64,000 nucleotides of DNA, taken from NCBI GenBank assembly GCA_000092065.1, contig CP000583.1; one strand, 5' to 3'. Source of the DNA: Ostreococcus lucimarinus. Taxonomy: Eukaryota. Both the position numbers and the translations under genes were made by a program. Positions within the stretch are counted from its first letter, which is position 1. Each line of letters begins with the position of its first letter. This document shows positions 10,626 to 19,899 of the stretch, in pieces. The notes beneath the pieces were generated by a model. The model saw only the letters and a list, made by a program, of their open reading frames with translations. It searched no databases and was not told the origin of the DNA.

Positions 10626-11764
10626 ATGCCGTCGCCGTTCCCCGAGCGCCCCTTCGGCGTCGTCGATTCCACCGCGTACGCGCTCGAGGGGATGTACATG
10701 CCCAATCCCGGGGAGTTCGAACCTCCAAAGCTCACTTACGACGACTCTAACGCGGTACGCGCGACTGTTTACGACGATTTCGACGACGATTGCGCAACCT
10801 CGAATCCGCGACTGACTCGAACGGTTTCGCGTCGTGTCAGCGAACGACGACGCTCGTGGGGGGTAAGAAAGCCGTGAAGACCGTGCAGTGGTCGGTGGGA
10901 GGCGATAAGCTCGCGTCCGGGGGAGTGGAGCACGACGTGCGCGTGCACGATGTCGAACACGGGGCGGGCACGGGACGAGGGGCGCAGACGCTTCGAGGAC
11001 ACGCGGGCGCGGTGGAGCAATTGCGGTTCGATCCGTCGCGTCAAGGAGGTGATCGCGCGCTGACTGTGAGTTCGGATAAAACGGCAAAGATTTGGGACGC
11101 GAAGAGCGGGAAATGCGCGGGGACGATCGAGATGAAGGAAGGATTGATGAACGCGGCGTGGTCGCCGAGCGGGCGGCACGTCGCCGTCGGGAGCAAGTCG
11201 GACGTGATCTCGATCGTCGACGTGACGACGATGAAGGTGATTTGGGAGCAAAAGTTCAAGTACGAGGCGAATGAGATGATGTGGGATAAGACCGGGAAAT
11301 CGTTCATGATGGCGACTGGAGAAGGGAAAATGGAAAAGTTTACGTTTGACGAGACGACGGGATCGTTGACGCCGCTTTCATCGCATTTTGCACATAATGG
11401 CGGGTGTTACTGCATGGCGATCGACCCTACCGGAAAGTATCACGCCATGGGTGCTGCAGATGCGATCGTGAGCTTATGGGAGTCTGAAACAAACATCTGC
11501 TACGACACTATCGTGCGCTTGGACTACCCGATTCGCTCAGTTTCCTACAGCCACGATAGCCGATATATAGCCGCCGCTTCGGAAGATTTAAAAATAGATG
11601 TCGCAGAGGTGATGACTGGCGATTGCGTGGCACAAATCAAAACGAAAGAGGCGATGAATACCATAGCGTTTCACCCGAAGGAATTGGTTCTGGCGTACGC
11701 CGGCGACGGGGGAGATATTTCGCTGTGGAGCGCGTTCACCGCCATCTCTGCAGGTACAAAGTAG
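10626..11764 (+). CDS. THOC3: THO complex subunit 3 (THOC3/TEX1) WD40 protein, 2 exons: 10626..10754 and 10868..11764 (alternative in-frame acceptor at 10841)
   Basis: Exon 2 KAVKTVQWSVGGDKLASGG...DKTAKIWDAKSGKCAGTIEMKEGLMNAAWSPSGRHVAVGSKSDVISIVD...MGAADAIVSLWESETNICYDTIVRLDYPIRSVSYSHDSRYIAAASEDLKIDVAEVMTGD... aligns along its whole length to THOC3. Exon 1 ends at a GTACGC donor, and branch site CGCGACTGACTCG lies upstream of the acceptor. Confidence 0.85.
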
Positions 11765-11840
11765 CGGGCGTCTTGTTGTATTACAGCGTAGAACTACATA
11801 GTCAAATCGTATCATACATTTCATCAATCCTGCGTTTTCA

Positions 11841-13487
11841 TCAATCTTGCGTTGAGCGAATGCCATAGCCAACGATGCAAATGGGCAGCGTTGGGTGTTT
11901 TATCGTGGAGGCGGACCGCCCAGTCATGACGACGTTTGTATTCGTCATTGTCGACGCATTTCGCGTCCATCTGGCGGTGGGAATCAAACAAGTCTTGCGC
12001 ATTTGCATCACATGCACACGAGCGGCGTGCAGGAGCGTCTCCGTCGGTTGCTTCCCTTCGGTGTGCACCGGGAGCTCATGACTGTACACCACGTGGCCAC
12101 CACTGCTCAGCGTGCGATCGAGTTGGCGATCTATGATGGTCACCACGACGCGCATACGGCCGGGACAAGTAGGCTGATGACTCCATGAACTCGGCGCGAG
12201 AACACTCAAACTCGCAACGAGCATGCTGGGCTCTTCACCACTCTTTGGGCTGACAATGTACTGGAGAGGAAACAGTTCATAATCGCGCAAAGTAAATCCA
12301 AAGTCTAAAGCCGCTCGCAAGGAAGAGTTCAAGACTTTACTCATTTCGAGCGCGATCCAAGGCGTGATGATGCACACACGCACTGATCTGGGAAGTGCTG
12401 AGACGTAAACGTACGGTGCAGTATCACCAAGCACGCCTTGATCTTCCACGTACACGTCTTCATTGCCAACGCTCAAATCGCTCGCGTCACTTCCATGCCA
12501 TTTCACCAACGGCGAATGACACGCTGGAATCACGGAAACGAGTGATCCAATACTGCCTTGCAATTGAACCTCCATGAGAGATCGATCGTGAGCGTCTCGC
12601 GGATTCAACGTCGCCGTCGCGATGTCCACCGTCAGGAGTGCGTCTGCGGTGTTGAGCGCGAACTTGCCACCGTCAACTAAATCTCTCATCACAGCGTCCG
12701 ATTTTCTCAACTTACGCCTCGGACTCATCTCATTCGCGTTAAACGCGTATGGATCACCGATGCACGTATCTTCTCCTTCGTCTCCAAGCTCGAGCGCATC
12801 ATCTTGCGGCGTCGCCGCCGGCGTCACGCCGCTCCAACTCGGATGAAACGGCGACAGCGCGGCGCTCACGTAACTCATGTGCGTCGCCGCGATCGCCGTC
12901 CCCGGCTTCACGCTCGCCGGCGACGGCAGTACCGTCACGCAGCACTTCTTCGCGATTCGTCCTCGTCCATCTCCATCCTCTCCTCCGTGCCTGCGCGCCT
13001 CCCCGTGCACCACCAGCGTCGAACGGTCCCAACTCTCGCACACGTGTACCCGCACGTTCGCCTCCGTCGGCGCATCCGCGAAAGCCCCACCGAAATCTTC
13101 GGACAACCCGCGCATTCCGCGTCCGAAATCGCCCATATCGCTCTCGAACAGCGGCGTCGTCGCGAGCAAGCGCGCGCGCGCCCCCGGTTGAAATTTCCAA
13201 ATTTGCAGCTCGAAGCTGAAATTCTCTCCTCCCTCCGCGCTGTAACTCACCAGATGATCGCCGTCCGCGGTGAAGCCGAGCAGGACGCACGAGAGCATCT
13301 TGCGAGCGTCGTCGATGACGCGCTCGATCGGGATCGTCAGCCGCGGTGGGATCGACCGGAAGATTTGTTCGGGCTTGGCACCAGACGCGGAGGTGAATTC
13401 GCGACGCGCGAGCCTGGACTGCACCGTGGACGCGCGCGCGCGGCGTTCGGCGTCGACGCGATCGTCGGAGCGTTCTTTTCGAATCAT
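11841..13487 (-). CDS. Conserved hypothetical protein (548 aa); weak DET1-like/beta-propeller-like N-terminal similarity
   Basis: Uninterrupted ATG-initiated 548-codon ORF with protein-like composition (e.g. LLGFTADGDHLVSYSAEGGENFSFELQIWKF). No confident family assignment from sequence alone. Confidence 0.5.
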   Translation of the reverse strand: MIRKERSDDRVDAERRARASTVQSRLARREFTSASGAKPEQIFRSIPPRLTIPIERVIDDARKMLSCVLLGFTADGDHLVSYSAEGGENFSFELQIWKFQPGARARLLATTPLFESDMGDFGRGMRGLSEDFGGAFADAPTEANVRVHVCESWDRSTLVVHGEARRHGGEDGDGRGRIAKKCCVTVLPSPASVKPGTAIAATHMSYVSAALSPFHPSWSGVTPAATPQDDALELGDEGEDTCIGDPYAFNANEMSPRRKLRKSDAVMRDLVDGGKFALNTADALLTVDIATATLNPRDAHDRSLMEVQLQGSIGSLVSVIPACHSPLVKWHGSDASDLSVGNEDVYVEDQGVLGDTAPYVYVSALPRSVRVCIITPWIALEMSKVLNSSLRAALDFGFTLRDYELFPLQYIVSPKSGEEPSMLVASLSVLAPSSWSHQPTCPGRMRVVVTIIDRQLDRTLSSGGHVVYSHELPVHTEGKQPTETLLHAARVHVMQMRKTCLIPTARWTRNASTMTNTNVVMTGRSASTIKHPTLPICIVGYGIRSTQD

Positions 13488-13678
13488 TCGTCGCTCATGC
13501 GGTGCGCGGTGCGGTGGTCATGATTGTCTGTTCTCGGCGAGGGCGACTGTGACGCTCGAACGCCGCGTGAGCGACGTGGACGCGACGCGCGACGCCCGAT
13601 GACGATGCGCGTTCGTACGAAGTTTTGTTATATTGAAATTGTCGAAATCGACGAACGCTCGCGATCGCGCGCGAGCGT

Positions 13679-15172
13679 TTACGTGGGATTGGAGAAGTTG
13701 AATATGCGCGCCGTGCAGTCGTCGCTCGCGGTGATGACTCGAGCGTAGTCGGGACTCATGGCGAAGTCTAAGATCCCTTTCGTGTGACCGTGCGCCTCTC
13801 GTTGACACGTAGACGTGCGGGCATCCCAGAGTCGCACGATGCCGTCGACGGATGTGCTGTGGGAGTGGAAAATAGATACTGAACGTAAGTCGAAGGAGCG
13901 CGGCGAAGCGAGTAGACGAAATGTCGCCAAATCGACGGCTTGAACGATGGAGTTGAGGTCTCAAAGCTCGGTGTCGCGTCGATGCGAGGCGAGTGATATA
14001 TGCAAGCTATGTCCACCACCGCGCGTTACGTGCAAACGCGCGAGGCCCTTATGTTGCGAAGTCAAACGACCGAAGCGACGCTCGAAGACGTACCTATACA
14101 AACACATGGTGTTCGGAATCCATCGAAGCTGGCTCACCGCACCACCGTGCGAGAGCGTACCTCTGGCTTGACACGAATTCGTGTCCCAAATGATAATTTG
14201 CTTATCCAGCGAGCCGGTGGCGCACACCGGCATGATGTCGCTGAATCCGACGGCTTCGATGGTTTCCGTGTGCGCCACGAGCGGCGCCAGAACTTTCCCA
14301 GTCGTCGTGCTCACCAATCGAGCGGTGTTGTCTTCGCTCCCGGTGATGGTTAATCCCAGCGTCGATGGATGAAACGCGACGCACGTGAGCGGACCGTCGT
14401 GGAACGGATGCCCGCGGAACGCGTGTTCGCACGCTCCCGTTCTCGGTTGCCACACTCGCAACGATCCGTCGTAAGACCCGGTGACGACTTGCTTACCGTC
14501 GGGCGTAAATCCACCGCACGACACGCGCTCACTGTGTCCACTGAACACTTGCATGAGCGCACCGTCGTCGCCGTTCCACATCCACGCCGTGAAGTCTTCG
14601 CTCCCCGCGAGCGTCACGCGTCCTCGCGGATGCCACGCCACCCACTCGATTCCCCCGCCCGGTCCCTCGAGCGCGCGTTCGACCGCGCCCGTCTTCCCAT
14701 CATAAATGCACACCTTTCCATCGAGTCCACCCGTGGCGAGCAAGCCACCGTCGGCGCTGAACGCCGCGCACGACACGCTCTCCCCGTGTCCTCCCAGCTC
14801 TCGCGCCTCCCCCGCGCCTCGTCTCAAATATCCCTTATCGTCCCCCCCGCCGCTCACCACCGTCGCCTCCGCGCCGTCGTTCGACCACGCCACCGCGTAC
14901 ACCGGCGCGTCGTGCGTCGCCGCCACGCATTCCGCGTCGTCCCTCGGCGGCGCGATCGTCGTCGACGCCGCCGCGTCCCGGTCCTCCGTCGTCGTCCCGT
15001 CCCCATCCATCGCCTCGTCCTCCGCCTCGTCCTCGTCGTCGCTCGACATCGGCGCCTCGTCGTCCTCGTCCAGGTCCGCGACCTCCTCGTAATCGTCCGC
15101 CGCGGGATCGATGAAGGCGTCCTCGACGTCGTCGTCGTCGTCCTCCGTCGCCGCCGCCGCCGCGTCGTCCAT
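13679..15172 (-). CDS. AAMP-like (angio-associated migratory cell protein) WD40-repeat protein with acidic N-terminus, 2 exons on minus strand: 14094..15172 and 13679..13856
   Basis: Start chosen at MDDAAAAATEDDDDDVEDAFIDPAADDYEE..., ahead of WD repeats (PVYAVAWSNDGAEATVVSGGGDDKGYL, GHGESVSCAAFSADGGLLATGGLDGKVCIYD, ...). Exon 1 ends ...IPNTMCLY at a GTACGT donor. The ~237-nt intron has acceptor CCCACAG. Exon 2 (S)TSVDGIVRLWDARTSTCQREAHGHTKGILDFAMSPDYARVITASDDCTARIFNF... The upstream Arg-rich part of the ORF-track ORF (to 15628) is rejected. Confidence 0.8.
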
Positions 15173-15364
15173 CGCGCTCGAGCGCCGCGCTCTATCGCCT
15201 CGCGCGCGCGCCGCGCGCTCGACCGCGGGCGACGAAATCGTCGCGCGCGTCGCGTCGACGGCGTCGGTCGCGATCGACGCGCGCGCGTCGTCGAGTGCGG
15301 CGGCGGCGCGACGGATGGTCGACGGACGGTCGACGACGCGCGCGCGCACACGACGACGCGCGCG

Positions 15365-16231
15365 ATGCTGCGCGCGATGCGTCGGCGCGCCGGCGCGCTC
15401 GCGCGAGAGGCGCGCGCGCGCGCGCGCGCGACGACGACGACGACGACGGCGACGGCGACGGCGACGGCGACGACGCGACCGCGAGGCTTGATGACGTTGT
15501 CGACGCGCGAGACGATTTCGTCGCGCGCGGCGCCGTGGACGGCGCTGACGACGACGACGGCGCCGACGACGACGGCGCCGACGACGACGACGCGCCGGGG
15601 CGCGCGAACGATGTTCATTCAGACGCAAACGACGCCGAATCCGATGAGCCTGATGTTTCAGCCCGGGCGCGAGGTGTACGCGGAGGGGTCGAAGAATTTT
15701 TCAAACGCGAGGGAAGCGATGGCGAGCCCGCTGGCGAAGCGGTTGTTCGCGATCGAAGGCGTCACGAATGTCTTCTTCGGGATCGACTTCGTGACGGTGA
15801 CGAAGGGCGAAGACGCGGAGTGGGAGACGGTGAAACCGCAGACGTTTGAGGCGATTACGAACTTTTACGCGAGCGGAGAGACGGTGATGGACGAGGAGAA
15901 ATTGGCGGCGAGCGGGACGGCGATCGCGGAGGACGACGATGAAATCGTGGCGATGATCAAGGAACTCCTCGAGACGAGGATTCGACCGGCGGTGGCGGAA
16001 GACGGGGGAGACATCGTGTTCAAGGCGTTCGATCCCGAGAGCGGGCTCGTGACGGTGCAGTTGCAAGGCTCTTGCGACGGGTGCCCTTCGTCGAGCGTGA
16101 CGCTGAAGAGTGGGATCGAAAATATGCTGATGCACTACGTGCCCGAAGTCAAGGGCGTGGTGCAGGCTGGGCAAGACGACGGCGAGATGGATTTGCTCGA
16201 CTTGGCGGATTTGCATCGAGGGCGAAAGTAG
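15365..16231 (+). CDS. NFU1: NFU1-type iron-sulfur cluster scaffold (NifU-like, mitochondrial type) with N-terminal presequence; the conserved domain starts at 15611, and an alternative start lies at 15491
   Basis: MFIQTQTTPNPMSLMF... (Nfu_N domain) and the C-terminal NifU CxxC motif SCDGCPSSSVTLKSGIENMLMHYVPEV. The upstream in-frame MLRAMRRRAGALAREARARA looks like a mitochondrial presequence. The remainder of the 620-aa track ORF (from 14369) is rejected as antisense of the AAMP-like gene. Confidence 0.85.
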   Translation: MLRAMRRRAGALAREARARARATTTTTTATATATATTRPRGLMTLSTRETISSRAAPWTALTTTTAPTTTAPTTTTRRGARTMFIQTQTTPNPMSLMFQPGREVYAEGSKNFSNAREAMASPLAKRLFAIEGVTNVFFGIDFVTVTKGEDAEWETVKPQTFEAITNFYASGETVMDEEKLAASGTAIAEDDDEIVAMIKELLETRIRPAVAEDGGDIVFKAFDPESGLVTVQLQGSCDGCPSSSVTLKSGIENMLMHYVPEVKGVVQAGQDDGEMDLLDLADLHRGRK

Positions 16232-16371
16232 CGACCCGCGCGCGTATCACATCATAACTTTCAGTCGGCGCCGTATAATAACTGAATTTCCACCATTCAT
16301 TGATTTAACGACGCCCGCGCGCGCGGTCGCGCGTCGAGCGTTCAACACCAATCATTTGTCGTCCCGCGACG

Positions 16372-17490
16372 ATGTCGTACGGCGCGACGCCCGGCGCGAC
16401 GATCGATGCCGATTCGTCGTTCGGGCGTCGACGCGAGGACGGCGTGCGCGTGTCGCCGCGCGCGCTGCTCGGCGCGATCGCGGTGGCGTGCGCGGCGGCG
16501 CTCGCGGCGCACGAGGTCGGACGGTCGACGGGCGCGCGGCTCGGATTGAAGGCGGGGCTGGGACTGTGCTCGTGCGAGTGTCGGTGCGACTCGGACGGCG
16601 GCGGCGGCGGCGGCGGCGCGCCGGCGCTGTCCGTCGCGCGAGGCGCCGCGGCGAACATGCCGAAGACGCTGTTGGATGTCGAGGTGACGGATCCGCGGCG
16701 TTGCGGGACGTTGGCGGCGGAGCGTAATTACAGCGCGTGGGTCCACTACGACGAACACGTCGAGGCGGCGGAGAAGCGAAACAGGTGCGCGTTTTACGAC
16801 ATCTTCGGCCCGTTCGCCGGGGACGAGACGGACGAACACCGGGTGACTGGATGTTCGGTCCCGGGCATGACGCCGCTGGGCGGATGCGGAACGGTGCGAG
16901 GCTGGCACAGAACGGCGTCGCAGGCGTACGCCATGGGCATGGGCAACGCGCCGTCGTCTAACGTCTGTCGACAGTTCGCCGCCCAACACGGTTACGAAGC
17001 GTGGCTCTGGCTCTCCCCGGCGCACCCCGAAGCCGCTCGCAGGAACTCGTGCGTCTTCTACAGCGCTTTCCACTCGGCGCACGCGGACGAGCCCGGGGAC
17101 GTCATTCACGGCACCGCGTGCACCAATCCTCACGCCTCCGTCGCCAACGGCTGTCGCAACCACGCGCGACACGCTCAAAACGAAATCGAGGGTTGGGCAC
17201 ACGCGACGCACACCTACGCAGAAGGCTTCGGCAAAGCCAAGGGTCCGGGTGACTGCAAGCGATACGCCAAGCAACACGGATACCCGAGTTTTCTCTTCAT
17301 CAACGAAAAGCACCCGTCCGCGCAGCACCGTTTCAGTTGCGCGTACTACCTCAGCAACGGGGCGGGCGAGGTTGAGCCGGGATGGGGGCCGTACTCTGCG
17401 TCGACGCAAATCGTCAACAGCGGGAACGACGACATTCACATTCTCGGGTGCGCCGACGACTCGAAGACGCCGCTCGAAGGGTGCGCGTGA
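16372..17490 (+). CDS. Novel cysteine-rich membrane/secreted protein with three tandem ~65-80-aa 4-Cys repeats (possibly WSC-like carbohydrate-binding modules)
   Basis: N-terminal hydrophobic anchor ALLGAIAVACAAALAA and a poly-Gly stretch. Three repeats follow the pattern C-x2-(F/Y)A-x-(Q/E)(H/R)(G/N)Y-x-(A/S)(W/F)(L/V)...R-x-(S/R)C-(A/V)(F/Y)Y...GC-x6-8-P-(L/V)-x-GC. Confidence 0.6.
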   Translation: MSYGATPGATIDADSSFGRRREDGVRVSPRALLGAIAVACAAALAAHEVGRSTGARLGLKAGLGLCSCECRCDSDGGGGGGGAPALSVARGAAANMPKTLLDVEVTDPRRCGTLAAERNYSAWVHYDEHVEAAEKRNRCAFYDIFGPFAGDETDEHRVTGCSVPGMTPLGGCGTVRGWHRTASQAYAMGMGNAPSSNVCRQFAAQHGYEAWLWLSPAHPEAARRNSCVFYSAFHSAHADEPGDVIHGTACTNPHASVANGCRNHARHAQNEIEGWAHATHTYAEGFGKAKGPGDCKRYAKQHGYPSFLFINEKHPSAQHRFSCAYYLSNGAGEVEPGWGPYSASTQIVNSGNDDIHILGCADDSKTPLEGCA

Positions 17491-17690
17491 GCCGAGCTCG
17501 GCGTCGTCCGTCGTCGAGACATTTTCCCCGACAGACGTCCCGAGCGACAAAGTGCAAGACACACAAGACATCATTTACCACTACAGTATACTGTACATTA
17601 AACGAGAATCGCGGCACCGGCGCCGGCGCGCGCGGCGACCCGCCGGACGGCGTCCGCGTCGTGTAATAATTCCACGAATGAACAAAGAAA

Positions 17691-18941
17691 TCATCGTCGA
17701 GCTAACTTGCGTTCGTCGCTATCGATCTTGCCGCCGAGAGCCTCTTCGAGTTCCGAAACGCCCGCCGCATCGGTGTCCGTTCGCCCGCTTAAGAGGCTCG
17801 AGAACCAGTTGTACGTCGACGTTCCGAGTCCGAGTCGACTTTGTAAGCTACATTTCGAGTCAGCCATTTCGTCCGTGAACCGGTCGGAGTCGCAGTGACA
17901 GCTGTGACCTTTCGGTTCGTTGAAGTTCAACACCGACGTCTTCACCGGGCACAACCCAAACGTTTGATCGAGCAACGTCTTGAACTTATTATCTCGCGCG
18001 ACGGCAACGATGGTGAGCTCGATCCCAGAATTCGGTGTGGCGAAAATATCATCCCACGCACCGTGATCGACTCTCAAGTACGCCGTCGGCGTGGCCTTTC
18101 CATCGGCATCCGCGCTCGCGCCCGCGAGATAGACTGAGTACCCGTACTGCGCGACGAGCTTAACTTCCCCCAGTAACGCCTTACGCTGCGCCTTGCTCGT
18201 AATCTCACGTCGCCAAATAATCGTACTGACTTTTCCACTCGCCAAACCTTTCTTGAACCGCGCGAATTGCGAGCGAGAGCGCTTCGCGTCGTTGATCAAA
18301 ACCGTCAGCTTCGCCTTGGGCGACGTCTTCGCGATTTGCTCAAACTCCTCATCGAGCTGTCGACTCACTCGTCGATCGTTCCATAACTTCTCCACTATCG
18401 AATTGTCGTGTCCGAGATCCTTCAGCGTCGCGCTCAACGTCTCCACCGCGCGCTCGTCCACGTACGTCCTCGTCTCGCACTCAAACGCTCCCGCGTTCGC
18501 CATCGCGTTCACCCAAAATCCCATCTTCGTCGCCATCCCCGCGTCCACGCTTCCCCGCCTTCGCATCACTCTCGCATCGTCGCCCTCGCGTCCGGACCCT
18601 GGTTCCGGCAATCCGATCGTCATCACCACGCACGGTCCCGGCGCGTGTCTCGCTCGCACCGTCAACGCCAGCTCCGCCGCGATGAAATCCGCCCGCGCCT
18701 CCCTCGCGCTGTAGTGACACGCCCGGTGCTCGAACCACGATCGCTGCGTCTCTTTCAGCGTTCGCACGCACCGCGCGTCCAGCGCCGGGTCGTACGCGCC
18801 GCCCAGCGATACCTGCGCGAGTCCGAGCGCGAGCGCGACGACGGTGGCGAGCGCGACGCACGCGGCGCACGCGCGGCCGCGCTTGACGCCCTGGCGCAGC
18901 GCGCGCGAGCGCCGACGAAGTTGCTCTTTGCTCAGCCCCAT
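17691..18941 (-). CDS. Hypothetical type II (signal-anchor) membrane protein, 416 aa, lumenal domain of unknown function
   Basis: ATG ORF with N-terminal basic stretch then TM (ACAACVALATVVALALGLAQVSL) followed by a large hydrophilic domain (...EKLWNDRRVSRQLDEEFEQIAKTSPKAKLTVLINDAKRSRSQFARFKKG...). Confidence 0.5.
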   Translation of the reverse strand: MGLSKEQLRRRSRALRQGVKRGRACAACVALATVVALALGLAQVSLGGAYDPALDARCVRTLKETQRSWFEHRACHYSAREARADFIAAELALTVRARHAPGPCVVMTIGLPEPGSGREGDDARVMRRRGSVDAGMATKMGFWVNAMANAGAFECETRTYVDERAVETLSATLKDLGHDNSIVEKLWNDRRVSRQLDEEFEQIAKTSPKAKLTVLINDAKRSRSQFARFKKGLASGKVSTIIWRREITSKAQRKALLGEVKLVAQYGYSVYLAGASADADGKATPTAYLRVDHGAWDDIFATPNSGIELTIVAVARDNKFKTLLDQTFGLCPVKTSVLNFNEPKGHSCHCDSDRFTDEMADSKCSLQSRLGLGTSTYNWFSSLLSGRTDTDAAGVSELEEALGGKIDSDERKLARR

Positions 18942-19059
18942 CTCGGCGCGACGAGGACGCGCGCGCGGGCGTCGACGAATGCGGACCGATCGATCGATGT
19001 AATCGCGTCGCGACGCCGTTACAGGACGAGGCGCCGGGACGGGACGAAGAGACGCGACG

Positions 19060-19743
19060 CTAGACCGGACGGAGCGCCTCGCCCCTGAGCGCGGCCTCGC
19101 GCGCGCGACGAGCGATGCGAGGCGTTAAAAGCTCGCCGAACTCGCACCAAAACTTGCCCTGCTCGCGCTGCGCGAGACGCACGGCGTCGCGCTTGGCCCA
19201 ACCGGCGCGCCGACGATGGCGCCGCGAGCGACCGCGCACGGGCAAATCGCCGAGTTTCAACCCGCCCAGGGGATCGCCGGCGTCGACGGCGTCGATCACG
19301 CGATCCTCGATCGTCTGTCGGTGGCCGATCTGCTGCAAACCGACGAGCTCGGTGAGGGTGTTCAGATCGAAGACGCCCGGATATCGTCTGCCGCCGACGC
19401 GCCACGTCGGCGTCGTCGCGCACCGCGCGCACGTCAAGCACCTCGACGCGTTCCCGCAATCGACGTAGTGCTGTCGCCATCGCGTCGGGAGGAGCTCGGC
19501 GAGGAGTTGTTTTTGTTGCTTGCACTTCTCGCACCACGGCGCGCCGAGGAGCGCGACGTCGAGTCGACGCAGCGCCTGGCCGAGCGCGCGGATTTTGTCC
19601 CCATCGGTGTCATCGTTCGCGCGCGTCGCGCTCTGCGCCTCCGCGGCGCGACGCGCGCGAGCGGAGAGCTCGACGTCGTCCTTGCGCGCGTGTCGAGGCT
19701 CGCACGCGCGCGTGCGCGCGCGGAGATTGATCGCGAGCGCCAT
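19060..19743 (-). CDS. Thioredoxin-fold protein with WCxxC motif (WCEKC)
   Basis: VALLGAPWCEKCKQQKQLLAELL...YVDCGN...TPTW...YPGVFDLNTLTELVGL resembles a thioredoxin-like fold. N-terminal Arg-rich stretch. Confidence 0.45.
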   Translation of the reverse strand: MALAINLRARTRACEPRHARKDDVELSARARRAAEAQSATRANDDTDGDKIRALGQALRRLDVALLGAPWCEKCKQQKQLLAELLPTRWRQHYVDCGNASRCLTCARCATTPTWRVGGRRYPGVFDLNTLTELVGLQQIGHRQTIEDRVIDAVDAGDPLGGLKLGDLPVRGRSRRHRRRAGWAKRDAVRLAQREQGKFWCEFGELLTPRIARRAREAALRGEALRPV

Positions 19744-19899
19744 CGCGGCGTCGAATGCGGGTTCGAACTTTCAAGCCGCGGGGACGCGCGCGGAACTTTG
19801 CGACGCGCGCGACGCGCCTTCGCGAGCGCGCGCGAGAGAGAACGTCCGTGAGTATGATTAGCATCGCACGGCGCGAACGCGCGCGTCGTTGAGCGCACG

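Noticed and set aside
14369-15610. Upstream 414 codons of the 620-aa ORF that ends with NFU1.
   Set aside because: It is antisense to the AAMP-like WD40 gene and consists of Arg/Val/His-rich low complexity. Only the last ~290 codons (presequence + NFU1) are credible.
19735-19770. GCGGGTTCGAACTTTCAAGCCGCGG resembles a tRNA T-arm (GGTTCGAA).
   Set aside because: It has no complementary acceptor or T stem and no D- or anticodon-arm structure around it. It is a chance match in CG-rich DNA.
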